Shown: piece by piece, positions 1 to 14,000 of the stretch
Layout of the letters: the number at the start of each line of letters is the position of its first letter
Position numbering within the stretch: position 1 is the first letter of the stretch
From: the human T2T-CHM13v2.0 reference genome, Homo sapiens
Strand: one strand, 5' to 3'
NCBI RefSeq assembly: GCF_009914755.1
Contig: NC_060948.1
Length of the DNA stretch: 64,000 nucleotides
The notes under the pieces: generated by a model
Told to the model about the DNA's origin: nothing
Databases searched by the model: none
The model's input: the letters and a program-made list of their open reading frames with translations, nothing else
Program-made: the position numbers and the translations under genes

Positions 1-454
1 CAATGGAATAGAATCTAATGCAATAAAATCGACTCAAATAGAGTAGAATGTAATGGAATGGAGTGCAGTGCAATGGAATGGAATGGAATGGGATGGAATG
101 GTATGGAATGGATAGTAATGGACTGGAGTGAAATGGACTGGAAAATAATGGACTCAAATTGAAAGGGCTCGAAAGGAATGGAGTCAAATGGAATGGTCTG
201 GAATGGAATGAACACGAATGTAATGCAATCCAATAGAATGGAATCGAATGGCATGGAATATAAAGAAATGGAATCGAAGAGAATGGAAACAAATGGAATG
301 GAATTGAATGGAATGGAATTGAATGGAATGGGAACGAATGGAGTGAAATTGTATGCAGTAGAAGAGAATAGAATGGAATGCAAGCGAAAGGAAAGGAATG
401 GATTGGAATGGAATGGAATTCATTGGAATGGAAGGGAATGTAGTGTAATGGACA
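1..454. repeat. Partial DYZ1 unit (3' end of a type C unit)
   Basis: Matches 10551-11004 (end of U3), including the short 4-pentamer run after GTGCAGTGC and the GAAAATAATG variant. Confidence 0.85.
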
Positions 455-3400
455 GGCCTGTAATAAAGTGGAATGCTACGGTCTCGAATGGAATAAAAAT
501 GTATGGAATGGAATGCAATGAAACGGAATCGAATGTCATAGAAGTAATGGAATGCAAAAAAATGGACTCCAAAATCATTGACTGGAAAGGCTGGGTGTCG
601 AAAGGAATTTACTCCAATGGAATGGAATCGAATGGAATGGAAGTGAATAGAATCGAACTAAATCGAACGGAATGGAATTGATAGGAACGGAATGGAAAGG
701 AATGCAATGATTTCGCATGGAATGGAATCGAATGGCATCGAATGGAATGGAATGGAATGCAATGGAATGGAATGTATTAAAATGTAATGAACTTTAATGG
801 AATGTACTCGAATGGATTCGACTGGAATGGAATGTTCTCGAAGTGAATGGACTCCAATGGAATGGATTCGAAAGGAATGGAATCTAATGGAATGGAATTA
901 AATGGAAATGAATCAAATTGAATAGAACGGAATTGAATTGAATGGAATCGAATGCAATGGAATCTAATGAAACGGAAAGGAAAGGAATGGAATGGAATGG
1001 AATGGAATGGGCTGGAATGGAATGGAATCGAAACGAATGGAATGGAATCGAACTGAAGAGACTGGAATGGAATACACTGGAATGGAAGGGAATGTAATGG
1101 AAGGTTCTCGAAAAAAATGTAATTGAAAGGAATGGAATTGAGTGGAACGGAATAGAGTCGAATGGAATTCAATGGAATGGAATGGACTAGAGTGAAATGG
1201 AATCGAACCACAAGGAATGGACAGGAATAGAATGGTCTCGAATTGAATGGAATCGTATCGAATGGCATCAAACGGAATGGAATGGACAGCCACGGAATGG
1301 AATGCACTCGAATGCAATGGAGTCGAAACTAATGGACTGGAATAGAATGGACTCGACTGGTACGGACTCCAATGGAATGGAATCGAATGGAAGGGAATCG
1401 AACGGAATGGACTCGAAGGGAAAAGACTGCAATGGAAAGGTCTCGAATGGAATGGAAATTAATGGAATGGAATGGAATCGAATGAAATGGAGTCAAAAGG
1501 AATGGAATCGAATGGCAAGAAATCGAATGTAATGGAATCGCAAGGAATTGATGTGAACGGAACGGAATGGAATGGAATCCAAAGGAATGGAATAGAATGG
1601 AATGGAATCGAATGGAAAGGACTCGAATGGAAATCACTCGAATAGAATGCAATTTAATAAAATAGGATCAAATGTAATGGAATGGAATGGAAAGGAATCG
1701 AAACGAAAGGAATGGAGACAGATGGAATGGAATGGAACAGAGAGCAATGGTATAGAATGGAATGGAATCATCTGGAATGGAATTGAATGGAATGGAATAA
1801 CATGAAATGGACTGGAATGGAATGGAATGCCCTTGAATTAAATGGACTGGAATGGAATGGACTCGAACAGAGTGGAATGGAAAGTGTTGAAATAGAATGG
1901 AATGGACTCGTTTGGAATGGTCTAGTATGCAATGCAATCGACTGGCAGGGAATCAAAAGGAATGTAATCGAATGGATTGGACTGGAATGCAATGGACTTG
2001 AATAGATTGGAAACGGAATGCAAAGGAATGGAATGGAATAGTATGGAATGGAATGGAAAGGAATGGAGTGGAATAGACTAGAGTGGAATGGAATGGACTC
2101 GAAAGCAATGGACTGGAATGGAACTTTCTTGAATGGACTGGAATCAAACGGAATGGAATGCAATGCAATCAAATGGCATGGAATAAAATAGAATGAAAGA
2201 GAATCAAATGGAATTGAATCGAATGGAATCGAATGGATTGGAAAGGAATAGAATGGAATGGAATGGAATTGACTCAAATGGAATGGACTAGAATGGAATG
2301 GATTTGAATGGAAGGCAAAGGAATGGAATCTATTGGAATGGACTGTAATGGAATGGCATGGAAGGGATTGGAATGGACTCGAATGGAATGGACTGCAATA
2401 GAAAGGATTCGAATGGAATGAAAAAGAATTGAATGGAATAGAACAGAATGGAATCAAATCGAATGAAATGGAATGGAATAGAAAGGAATGGAATGAAATG
2501 GAATGGAAAGGATTCGAATGGAATGCAATCGAATGGAATGGAATCGAACGGAATGGAATAAAATGGAAGAAAACTGGCAAGAAATGGAATCGAAATGAAT
2601 GGAGTGTTATGGAACGGACTCAAAAGGAATTGAATGTAATAGAATGGAGTGGAGTGGACTCAAATATAATAGACTGGAATGGAATGAAATCACATGGAAT
2701 GGGAACGAATGGAATGGAATGGAAAGGAATGGAATCGAATGGAAAGGAATCGAATGGAAGGGAATGAAATTGAATCAACAGGAATGGAAAGGAGTAGAAT
2801 AGACGGTAATGGAATGGGCTCGAATAGAATGGACACGAATGCTCAAATTAAATGGACTCGAATGGAATGGAAACGAAAGGAATGTCATCGAATGGAATTG
2901 AATCGATTGGAATGAAATCACATAGAATGGAGTGGAATCAAATGGAATTGAATCGAAAGGAAAGGAAGCGAATGGACTGAAATGAAATGGAATGGAATTG
3001 AATGGAAATTAATGCAATGGAATAGAATGGAAAGAAATTTCACGGAATGGAATCAAACTGAATGGAATCAAATCAATGGAATGTAATCAAATGGAATGGA
3101 AAGGAATTGAATGGAGTAGATTGGATTGGATAGGATTGGAATGAAATGTACTGGAAAGGACTCGAATTTCATGAAACAGAATGGAATGAATTAGAACGGA
3201 ATGGACTCGAATGGAATGGAATATCACGGAATGGCATCAAATGGAATGGCATCAATTGGAATGGAATCGAATGCAATGGAATGCTATGGAATGGAATGGA
3301 ATGCATTGGAATGGAATGTCCTCTAATGGAATGGATTCGAGTGGAATGGAATCGAATATAATGGAGTCTAATGAAATGGAATTGAAAGGAATGGGATCCA

Positions 3401-3992
3401 ATACAATGGAATATACTGGAATGTAATGTAATGAACTCGAATGTAATTGACTGGAATGGAATGTACATGAATGGAATGTAATCGAATGGAAAGTAATCCA
3501 ATGGAATAGAATCTAATGCAATAAAATCGACTCAAGTAGAGTAGAATATAATGGAATGGAGTGCAGTGCAATGGAATGGAATGGAATGGAATGCAATGGA
3601 ATGGAATGGAATGGAATGGAATGGAATGGGATGGAATGGTATGGAATGGATAGTAATGGACTGGAGTGAAATGGACTGGAAAGGAATGGACTCAAATTGA
3701 AAGGGCTCGAAAGGAATGGAGTCAAATGGAATGGTCTGGAATGGAATGAACACGAATGTAATGCAATCCAATAGAATGGAATCGAATGGCATGGAATGTA
3801 AAGAAATGGAATCGAAGAGAATGGAAACAAATGGAATGGAATTGAATGGAATGGAATTGAATGGAATGGGAACGAATGGAGTGAAATTGTATGCAGTAGA
3901 AGAGAATAGAATGGAATGCAAGCGAAAGGAAAGGAATGGATTGGAATGGAATGGAATTCATTGGAATGGAAGGGAATGTAGTGTAATGGACA
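455..3992. repeat. DYZ1 unit U1 (3538 bp, type A)
   Basis: HaeIII GGCC at 455 to the next at 3993. A markers: 1-bp deletion GAAGTAATGG (~543), TTTCGCATGG (711), ATAACATGAAATGGACTGG (~1797), CTCAAGTAGAGTAGAATATA (~3531). Confidence 0.85.
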
Positions 3993-4010
3993 GGCCTGGA
4001 ATAAAGTGGA
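3857..4010. other. Region matching the classic DYZ1 sex-typing PCR amplicon (154 bp); recurs once per unit
   Basis: TTGAATGGAATGGGAACGAATGG at 3857-3879 and GGACAGGCCTGGAATAAAGTGGA at 3988-4010 (reverse complement TCCACTTTATTCCAGGCCTGTCC). These correspond to the Y1.2/Y1.1 DYZ1 primers as I recall them; the span of 154 bp is counted from the sequence. Confidence 0.75.
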
Positions 4011-7000
4011 ATGCTACGGTCTCGAATGGAATAAAAATGTATGGAATGGAATGCAATGAAACGGAATCGAATGTCATAGAATGTAATGGAATGCAAAAAA
4101 ATGGAATCCAAAATCATTGACTGGAAAGGCTGGGTGTCGAAAGGAATTGACTCCAATGGAATGGAATCGAATGGCATGGAAGTGAATAGAATGGAACTAA
4201 ATCGAATGGAATGGAATTGATAGGAACGGAATGGAAAGGAATGCAATGATTTGGCATGGAATGGAATCGAATGGCATCGAATGGAATGGAATGGAATGCA
4301 ATGGAATGGAATGTATTAGAATGTAATGAACTTTAATGGAATGTACTCGAATGGATTCGACTGGAATGGAATGTTCTCGAAGTGAATGGACTCCAATGGA
4401 ATGGATTCGAAAGGAATGGAATCTAATGGAATGGAATTAAATGGAAATGAATCAAATTGAATAGAACGGAATTGAATTGAATGGAATCGAATGCAATGGA
4501 ATCTAATGAAAAGGAAAGGAAAGGAATGGAATGGATTGGAATGGAATGGGCTGGAATGGAATGGAATCGAAACGAATGGAATGGAATCGAACTGAAGAGA
4601 CTGGAATGGAATGCACTGGAATGGAAGGGAATGTAATGGAAGGTTCTCAAGAAAAATGGAATCGAAAGGAATGGAATTGAATGGAACGGAATAGAGTCGA
4701 ATGGAATTCAATGGAATGGAATGGACTAGAGTGAAATGGAATCGAACCACAAGGAATGGACAGGAATAGAATGGTCTCGAATTGAATGGAATCGTATGGA
4801 ATGGCATCAAACGGAATGGAATGGACAGCCACGGAATGGAATGCACTCGAATGCAATGGAGTCGACACTAACGGAGTGGAATAGAATGGACTCGACTGGT
4901 ACGGACTCCAATGGAATGGAATCGAATGGAAGGGTATCGAACGGAATGGACTCGAAGGGAAAAGACTGCAATGGAAAGGTCTCGAATGGAATGGAAATTA
5001 ATGGAATGGAATGGAATCGAATGAAATGGAGTCAAAAGGAATGGAATCGAATGGCAAGAAATCGAATGTAATGGAATCGCAAGGAATTGAAGTGAACGGA
5101 ACGGAATGCAATGGAATCCAAAGGAATGGAATAGAATGGAATGGAATCGAATGGAAAGGACTCGAATGGAAATCACTCGAATAGAATGCAATTTAATAAA
5201 ATAGGATCAAATGTAATGGAATGGAATGGAAAGGAATCGAAACGAAAGGAATGGAGACAGATGGAATGGAATGGAACAGAGAGCAATGGTATAGAATGGA
5301 ATGGAATCATCTGGAATGGAATTGAATGGAATGGAATAATATGAAATGGAATGGAATGGAATGGAATGCCCTTGAATTAAATGGACTGGAATGGAATGGA
5401 CTCGAACAGAGTGGAATGGAAAGTGTTGAAATAGAATGGAATGGACTCGTTTGGAATGGTCTAGTATGCAATGCAATCGACTGGCAGGGAATCAAAAGGA
5501 ATGTAATCGAATGGATTGGACTGGAATGCAATGGACTCGAATAGATTGGAAACGGAAAGCAAAGGAATGGAATGGAATAGTATGGAATGGAATGGAAAGG
5601 AATGGAGTGGAATAGACTAGAGTGGAATGGAATGGACTGGAAAGCAATGGACTGGAATGGAACTTTCTTGAATGGACTGGAATCAAACGGAATGGAATGC
5701 AATGCAATCAAATGGCATGGAATAAAATAGAATGAAAGAGAATCAAATGGAATTGAATCGAATGGAATCGAATGGATTGGAAAGGAATAGAATGGAATGG
5801 AACGGAATTGACTCAAATGGAATGGACTAGAATGGAATGGATTCGAATGGAAGGCAAAGGAATGGAATCTATTGGAATGGACTGTAATGGAATGGAATGG
5901 AAGGGATTGGAATGGACTCGAATGGAATGGACTGCAATAGAAAGGATTCGAATGGAATGAAAAAGAATTGAATGGAATAGAACAGAATGGAATCAAATCG
6001 AATGAAATGGAATGGAAGAGAAAGGAATGGAATGAAATGGAATGGAAAGGATTCGAATGGAATGCAATCGAATGGAATGGAATCGAACGGAATGGAATAA
6101 AATGGAAGAAAACTGGCAAGAAATGGAATCGAAATGAATGGAGTGTTATGGAACGGACTCAAAAGGAATTGAATGTAATAGAATGGAGTGGAGTGGACTC
6201 GAATATAATGGACTGGAATGGAATGAAATCACATGGAATGGGAACGAATGGAATGGAATGGAAAGGAATGGAATCGAATGGAAAGGAATCGAATGGAAGG
6301 GAATGAAATTGAATCAACAGGAATGGAAGGGAGTAGAATAGACGGTAATGGAATGGACTCGAATAGAATGGACACGAATGCTCAAATTGAATGGACTCGA
6401 ATGGAATGGAAACGAAAGGAATGTCATCGAATGGAATTGAATCGATTGGAATGAAATCGCATAGAATGGAGTGGAATCAAATGGAATTGAATCGAAAGGA
6501 AAGGAAGCGAATGGACTGAAATGAAATGGAATGGAATTGAATGGAAAGTAATGCAATGGAATAGAATGGAACGAAATTTCACGGAATGGAATCAAACTGA
6601 ATGGAATCAAATCAATGGAATATAATCAAATGGAATGGAAAGGAATTGAATGGAGTAGATTGGATTGGATGGGATTGGAATGAAATGTACTGGAAAGGAC
6701 TCGAAATTCATGAAACGGAATGGAATGAACTGGAACGGAATGGACTCGAATGGAATGGAATGTCATGGAATGGCATCAAATGGAATGGAATCGAATGCGA
6801 TGGAATGCTATGGAATGGAATGGAATGCATTGGAATGGAATGTCCTCTAATGGAATGTATTCGAGTGGAATGGAATTGAATATAATGGAGTCTAATGAAA
6901 TAGAATTGAAAGGAATGGGACCGAATACAATGGAATAAACTGGTATGTAATGTAATGAACTCGAATGTAATTGACTGGAATGGAATGTACATGAATGGAA

Positions 7001-7506
7001 TGTAATCGAATGGAAAGCAATCCAATGGAATAGAATCTAATGCAATAAAATCGACTCAAATAGAGTAGAATGTAATGGAATGGAGTGCAGTGCAATGGAA
7101 TGGAATGGAATGCAACGGAATGGAATGGAATGGAATGGAATGGGATGGAATGGTATGGAATGGATAGTAATGGACTGGAGTGAAATGGACTGGAAAAGAA
7201 TGGACTCAAATTGAAAGGGCTCGAAAGGAATGGAGTCAAATGGAATGGTCTGGAATGGAATGAACACGAATGTAATGCAATCCGATAGAATGGAATCGAA
7301 TGGCATGGAATATAAAGAAATGGAATCGAAGAGAATGGAAACAAATGGAATGGAATTGAATGGAATGGAATTGAATGGAATGGGAACGAATGGAGTGAAA
7401 TTGTATGCAGTAGAAGAGAATAGAATGGAATGCAAGCGAAAGGAAAGGAATGGATTGGAATGGAATGGAATTCATTGGAATGGAAGGGAATGTAGTGTAA
7501 TGGACA
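3993..7506. repeat. DYZ1 unit U2 (3514 bp, type B)
   Basis: GGCC 3993 to 7507. B markers: TTCTCAAGAAAA (~4644), GTCGACACTAACGGAGTGG (4861), AGGGTATCG (4931), GGACCGAATAC (~6918). Confidence 0.85.
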
Positions 7507-10500
7507 GGCCTGGAATAAAGTGGAATGCTACGGTCTCGAATGGAATAAAAATGTATGGAATGGAATGCAATGAAACGGAATCGAATGTCATAGAATGTAA
7601 TGGAATGCAAAAAAATGGACTCCAAAATCATTGACTGGAAAGGCTGGGTGTCGAAAGGAATTGACTCCAATGGAATGGAATCGAATGGAATGGAAGTGAA
7701 TAGAATCGAACTAAATCGAATGGAATGGAATTGATAGGAACGGAATGGAAAGGAATGCAATGATTTGGCATGGAATGGAATCGAAAGGCATCGAATGGAA
7801 TGGAATGGAATGCAATGGAATGGAATGTATTAGAATGTAATGAACATTAATGGAAAGTACTCGAATGGATTCGACTGGAATGGAATGTTCTGGAAGTGAA
7901 TGGACTCCAATGGAATGGATTCGAAAGGAATGGAATCGAACGGAATGGAATTAAACGGAAATGAATCAAATAGAATAGAACGGAATTGAATTGAATGGGA
8001 TCGAATGCAATGGAATCTAATGAAACGGAAAGGAATGGAATGGAATGGGCTGGAATGGAATGGAATCGAAACGAATGGAATGGAATCGAACTGAAGAGAC
8101 TGGAATGGAATGCACTGGAATGGAAGGGAATGTAATGGAAGGTTCTCGAAAAAAATGGAATCGAAAGGAATGGAATTGAATGGAACGGAATAGAGTCGAA
8201 TGGAATTCAATGGAATGGAATGGACTAGAGTGAAATGGAATCGAACCACAAGGAATGGACAGGAATAGAATGGTCTCGAATTGAATGGAATCGTATGGAA
8301 TGGCATCAAACGGAATGGAATGGACGGCCACGGAATGGAATGCACTCGAATGCAATGGAGTCGAAACTAATGGACTGGAATAGAATGGACTCGACTGGTA
8401 CGGACTCCAATGGAATGGAATCGAATGGAAGGGAATCGAACGGAATGGACTCGAAGGGAAAAGACTGCAATGGAAAGGTCTCGAATGGAATGGAAATTAA
8501 TGGAATGGAATGGAATCGAATGAAATGGAGTCAAAAGGAATGGAATCGAATGGCAAGAAATCGAATGTAATGGAATCGCAAGGAATTGATGTGAACGGAA
8601 CGGAATGGAATGGAATCCAAAGGAATGGAATAGAATGGAATGGAATCGAATGGAAAGGACTCGAATGGAAATCACTCGAATAGAATGCAATTTAATAAAA
8701 TAGGATCAAATGTAATGGAATGGAATGGAAAGGAATCGAAACGAAAGGAATGGAGACAGATGGAATGGAATGGAACAGAGAGCAATGGTATAGAATGGAA
8801 TGGAATCATCTGGAATGGAATTGAATGGAATGGAATAATATGAAATGGAATGGAATGGAATGGAATGCCCTTGAATTAAATGGACTGGAATGGAATGGAC
8901 TCGAACAGAGTGGAATGGAAAGTGTTGAAATAGAATGGAATGGACTCGTTTGGAATGGTCTAGTATGCAATGCAATCGACTGGCAGGGAATCAAAAGGAA
9001 TGTAATCGAATGGATTGGACTGGAATGCAATGGACTCGAATAGATTGGAAACGGAAAGCAAAGGAATGGAATGGAATAGTATGGAATGGAATGCAAAGGA
9101 ATGGAGTGGAATAGACTAGAGTGGAATGGAATGGACTCGAAAGCAATGGACTGGAATGGAACTTTCTTGAATGGACTGGAATCAAACGGAATGGAATGCA
9201 ATGCAATCAAATGGCATGGAATAAAATAGAATGAAAGAGAATCAAATGGAATTGAATCGAATGGAATCGAATGGATTGGAAAGGAATAGAATGGAATGGA
9301 ATGGAATTGACTCAAATGGAATGGACTAGAATGGAATGGATTCGAATGGAAGGCAAAGGAATGGAATCTATTGGAATGGACTGTAATGGAATGGAATGGA
9401 AGGGATTGTAATGGACTCGAATGGAATGGACTGCAGTAGAAAGGATTCGAATGGAATGAAAAAGAATTGAATGGAATAGAACAGAATGGAATCAAATCGA
9501 ATGAAATGGAATGGAATAGAAAGGAATGGAATGAAATGGAATGGAAAGGATTCGAATGGAATGCAATCGAATGGAATGCAATCGAATGGAATGGAATCGA
9601 ACGGAATGGAATAAAATGGAAGAAAACTGGCAAGAAATGGAATCGAAATGAATGGAGTGTTACGGAACGGACTCAAAAGGAATTGAATGTAATAGAATGG
9701 AGTGGAGTGGACTCGAATATAATGGACTAGAATGGAATGAAATCACATGGAATGGGAACGAATGGAATGGAATGGAAAGGAATGGAATCGAATGGAAAGG
9801 AATCGAATGGAAGGGAATGAAATTGAATCAACAGGAATGGAAGGGAGTAGAATAGACGGTAATGGAATGGACTCGAATAGAATGGACACGAATGCTCAAA
9901 TTGAATGGACTCGAATGGAATGGCAACGAAAGGAATGTCATCGAATGGAATTGAATCGTTGGAATGAAATCACATAGAATGGAGTGGAATCAAATGGAAT
10001 TGAATCGAAAGGAAAAGAAGCGAATTGACTGAAATGAAATGGAATGGAATTGAATGGAAAGTAATGCAACGGAATAGAATGGAATGAAATTTCACGGAAT
10101 GGAATCAAACTGAATGGAATCAAATCAATGGAATATAATCAAATGGAATGGAAAGGAATTGAATGGAGTAGATTGTATTGGATGGGATTGGAATGAAATG
10201 TACTGGAAAGGACTCGAATTTCATGAAACGGAATGGAATGTATTAGAACGGAATGGACTCGAATGGAATTGAATGTCACGGAATGGCATCAAATGGAATG
10301 GCATCAATTGGAATGGAATCGAATGCAATGGAATGCTATGGAATGGAATGGAATGCATTGGAATGGAATGTCCTCTAATGGAATGGATTCGAGTGGAATG
10401 GAATCGAATATAATGGAGTCTAATGAAATGGAATTGAAAGGAATGGGATCCAATACAATGGAATATACTGGAATGTAATGTAATGAACTCGAATGTAATT

Positions 10501-11004
10501 GACTGGAATGGAATGTACATGAGTGGAATGTAATCGAATGGAAAGTAATCCAATGGAATAGAATCTAATGCAATAAAATCGACTCAAATAGAGTAGAATG
10601 TAATGGAATGGAGTGCAGTGCAATGGAATGGAATGGAATGGGATGGAATGGTATGGAATGGATAGTAATGGACTGGAGTGAAATGGACTGGAAAATAATG
10701 GACTCAAATTGAAAGGGCTCGAAAGGAATGGAGTCAAATGGAATGGTCTGGAATGGAATGAACACGAATGTAATGCAATCCAATAGAATGGAATCGAATG
10801 GCATGGAATATAAAGAAATGGAATCGAAGAGAATGGAAACAAATGGAATGGAATTGAATGGAATGGAATTGAATGGAATGGGAACGAATGGAGTGAAATT
10901 GTATGCAGTAGAAGAGAATAGAATGGAATGCAAGCGAAAGGAAAGGAATGGATTGGAATGGAATGGAATTCATTGGAATGGAAGGGAATGTAGTGTAATG
11001 GACA
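7507..11004. repeat. DYZ1 unit U3 (3498 bp, type C)
   Basis: GGCC 7507 to 11005. C markers: AACATTAATGGAAAGTAC (~7843), 15-bp deletion near 8030, extra GGCC at 8326, PstI CTGCAG at 9431, 1-bp deletion near 9959. Confidence 0.85.
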
Positions 11005-14000
11005 GGCCTGGAATAAAGTGGAATGCTACGGTCTCGAATGGAATAAAAATGTATGGAATGGAATGCAATGAAACGGAATCGAATGTCATAGAAGTAATGG
11101 AATGCAAAAAAATGGACTCCAAAATCATTGACTGGAAAGGCTGGGTGTCGAAAGGAATTTACTCCAATGGAATGGAATCGAATGGAATGGAAGTGAATAG
11201 AATCGAACTAAATCGAATGGAATGGAATTGATAGGAACGGAATGGAAAGGAATGCAATGATTTCGCATGGAATGGAATCGAATGGCATCGAATGGAATGG
11301 AATGGAATGCAATGGAATGGAATGTATTAAAATGTAATGAACTTTAATGGAATGTACTCGAATGGATTCGACTGGAATGGAATGTTCTCGAAGTGAATGG
11401 ACTCCAATGGAATGGATTCGAAAGGAATGGAATCTAATGGAATGGAATTAAATGGAAATGAATCAAATTGAATAGAACGGAATTGAATTGAATGGAATCG
11501 AATGCAATGGAATCTAATGAAACGGAAAGGAAAGGAATGGAATGGAATGGAATGGAATGGGCTGGAATGGAATGGAATCGAAACGAATGGAATGGAATCG
11601 AACTGAAGAGACTGGAATGGAATACACTGGAATGGAAGGGAATGTAATGGAAGGTTCTCGAAAAAATGTAATTGAAAGGAATGGAATTGAGTGGAACGGA
11701 ATAGAGTCGAATGGAATTCAATGGAATGGAATGGACTAGAGTGAAATGGAATCGAACCACAAGGAATGGACAGGAATAGAATGGTCTCGAATTGAATGGA
11801 ATCGTATGGAATGGCATCAAACGGAATGGAATGGACAGCCACGGAATGGAATGCACTCGAATGCAATGGAGTCGAAACTAATGGACTGGAATAGAATGGA
11901 CTCGACTGGTACGGACTCCAATGGAATGGAATCGAATGGAAGGGAATCGAACGGAATGGACTCGAAGGGAAAAGACTGCAATGGAAAGGTCTCGAATGGA
12001 ATGGAAATTAATGGAATGGAATGGAATCGAATGAAATGGAGTCAAAAGGAATGGAATCGAATGGCAAGAAATCGGATGTAATGGAATCGCAAGGAATTGA
12101 TGTGAACGGAACGGAATGGAATGGAATCCAAAGGAATGGAATAGAATGGAATGGAATCGAATGGAAAGGACTCGAATGGAAATCACTCGAATAGAATGCA
12201 ATTTAATAAAATAGGATCAAATGTAATGGAATGGAATGGAAAGGAATCGAAACGAAAGGAATGGAGACAGATGGAATGGAATGGAACAGAGAGCAATGGT
12301 ATAGAATGGAATGGAATCATCTGGAATGGAATTGAATGGAATGGAATAACATGAAATGGACTGGAATGGAATGGAATGCCCTTGAATTAAATGGACTGGA
12401 ATGGAATGGACTCGAACAGAGTGGAATGGAAAGTGTTGAAATAGAATGGAATGGACTCGTTTGGAATGGTCTAGTATGCAATGCAATCGACTGGCAGGGA
12501 ATCAAAAGGAATGTAATCGAATGGATTGGACTGGAATGCAATGGACTCGAATAGATTGGAAACGGAATGCAAAGGAATGGAATGGAATAGTATGGAATGG
12601 AATGGAAAGGAATGGAGTGGAATAGACTAGAGTGGAATGGAATGGACTCGAAAGCAATGGACTGGAATGGAACTTTCTTGAATGGACTGGAATCAAACGG
12701 AATGGAATGTAATGCAATCAAATGGCATGGAATAAAATAGAATGAAAGAGAATCAAATGGAATTGAATCGAATGGAATCGAATGGATTGGAAAGGAATAG
12801 AATGGAATGGAATGGAATTGACTCAAATGGAATGGACTAGAATGGAATGGATTCGAATGGAAGGCAAAGGAATGGAATCTATTGGAATGGACTGTAATGG
12901 AATGGAATGGAAGGGATTGGAATGGACTCGAATGGAATGGACTGCAATAGAAAGGATTCGAATGGAATGAAAAAGAATTGAATGGAATAGAACAGAATGG
13001 AATCAAATCGAATGAAATGGAATGGAATAGAAAGGAATGGAATGAAATGGAATGGAAAGGATTCGAATGGAATGCAATCGAATGGACTGGAATCGAACGG
13101 AATGGAATAAAATGGAAGAAAACTGGCAAGAAATGGAATCGAAATGAATGGAGTGTTATGGAACGGACTCAAAAGGAATTGAATGTAATAGAATGGAGTG
13201 GAGTGGACTCCAATATAATAGACTGGAATGGAATGAAATCACATGGAATGGGAACGAATGGAATGGAATGGAAAGGAATGGAATCGAATGGAAAGGAATC
13301 GAATGGAAGGGAATGAAATTGAATCAACAGGAATGGAAAGGAGTAGAATAGACGGTAATGGAATGGGCTCGAATAGAATGGACACGAATGGTCAAATTAA
13401 ATGGACTCGAATGGAATGGAAACGAAAGGAATGTCATCGAATGGAATTGAATCGATTGGAATGAAATCACATAGAATGGAGTGGAATCAAATGGAATTGA
13501 ATCGAAAGGAAAGGAAGCGAATGGACTGAAATGAAATGGAATGGAATTGAATGGAAATTAATGCAATGGAATAGAATGGAAAGAAATTTCACGGAATGGA
13601 ATCAAACTGAATGGAATCAAATCAATGGAATATAATCAAATGGAATGGAAAGGAATTGAATGGAGTAGATTGGATTGGATGGGATTGGAATGAAATGTAC
13701 TGGAAAGGACTCGAATTTCATGAAACGGAATGGAATGAATTAGAACGGAATGGACTCGAATGGAATGGAATATCACGGAATGGCATCAAATGGAATGGCA
13801 TCAATTGGAATGGAATCGAATGCAATGGAATGCTATGGAATGGAATGGAATGCATTGGAATGGAATGTCCTCTAATGGAATGGATTCGAGTGGAATGGAA
13901 TCGAATATAATGGAGTCTAATGAAATGGAATTGAAAGGAATGGGATCCAATACAATGGAATATACTGGAATGTAATGTAATGAACTCGAATGTAATTGAC

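Noticed and set aside
585-602. G-rich GGAAAGGCTGGGTGTCG as a G-quadruplex or regulatory element
   Set aside because: It has only one G3 run. It is simply a diverged pentamer landmark present in each unit.
1650-1670. AT-rich GCAATTTAATAAAATAGG and several AATAAA hexamers per unit (e.g. 22, 462, 492, 1656, 2182) as poly(A) or TATA signals
   Set aside because: AATAAA is two substitutions from the AATGGA backbone and is expected by chance. There is no downstream GU-rich element and no transcript evidence in the sequence.
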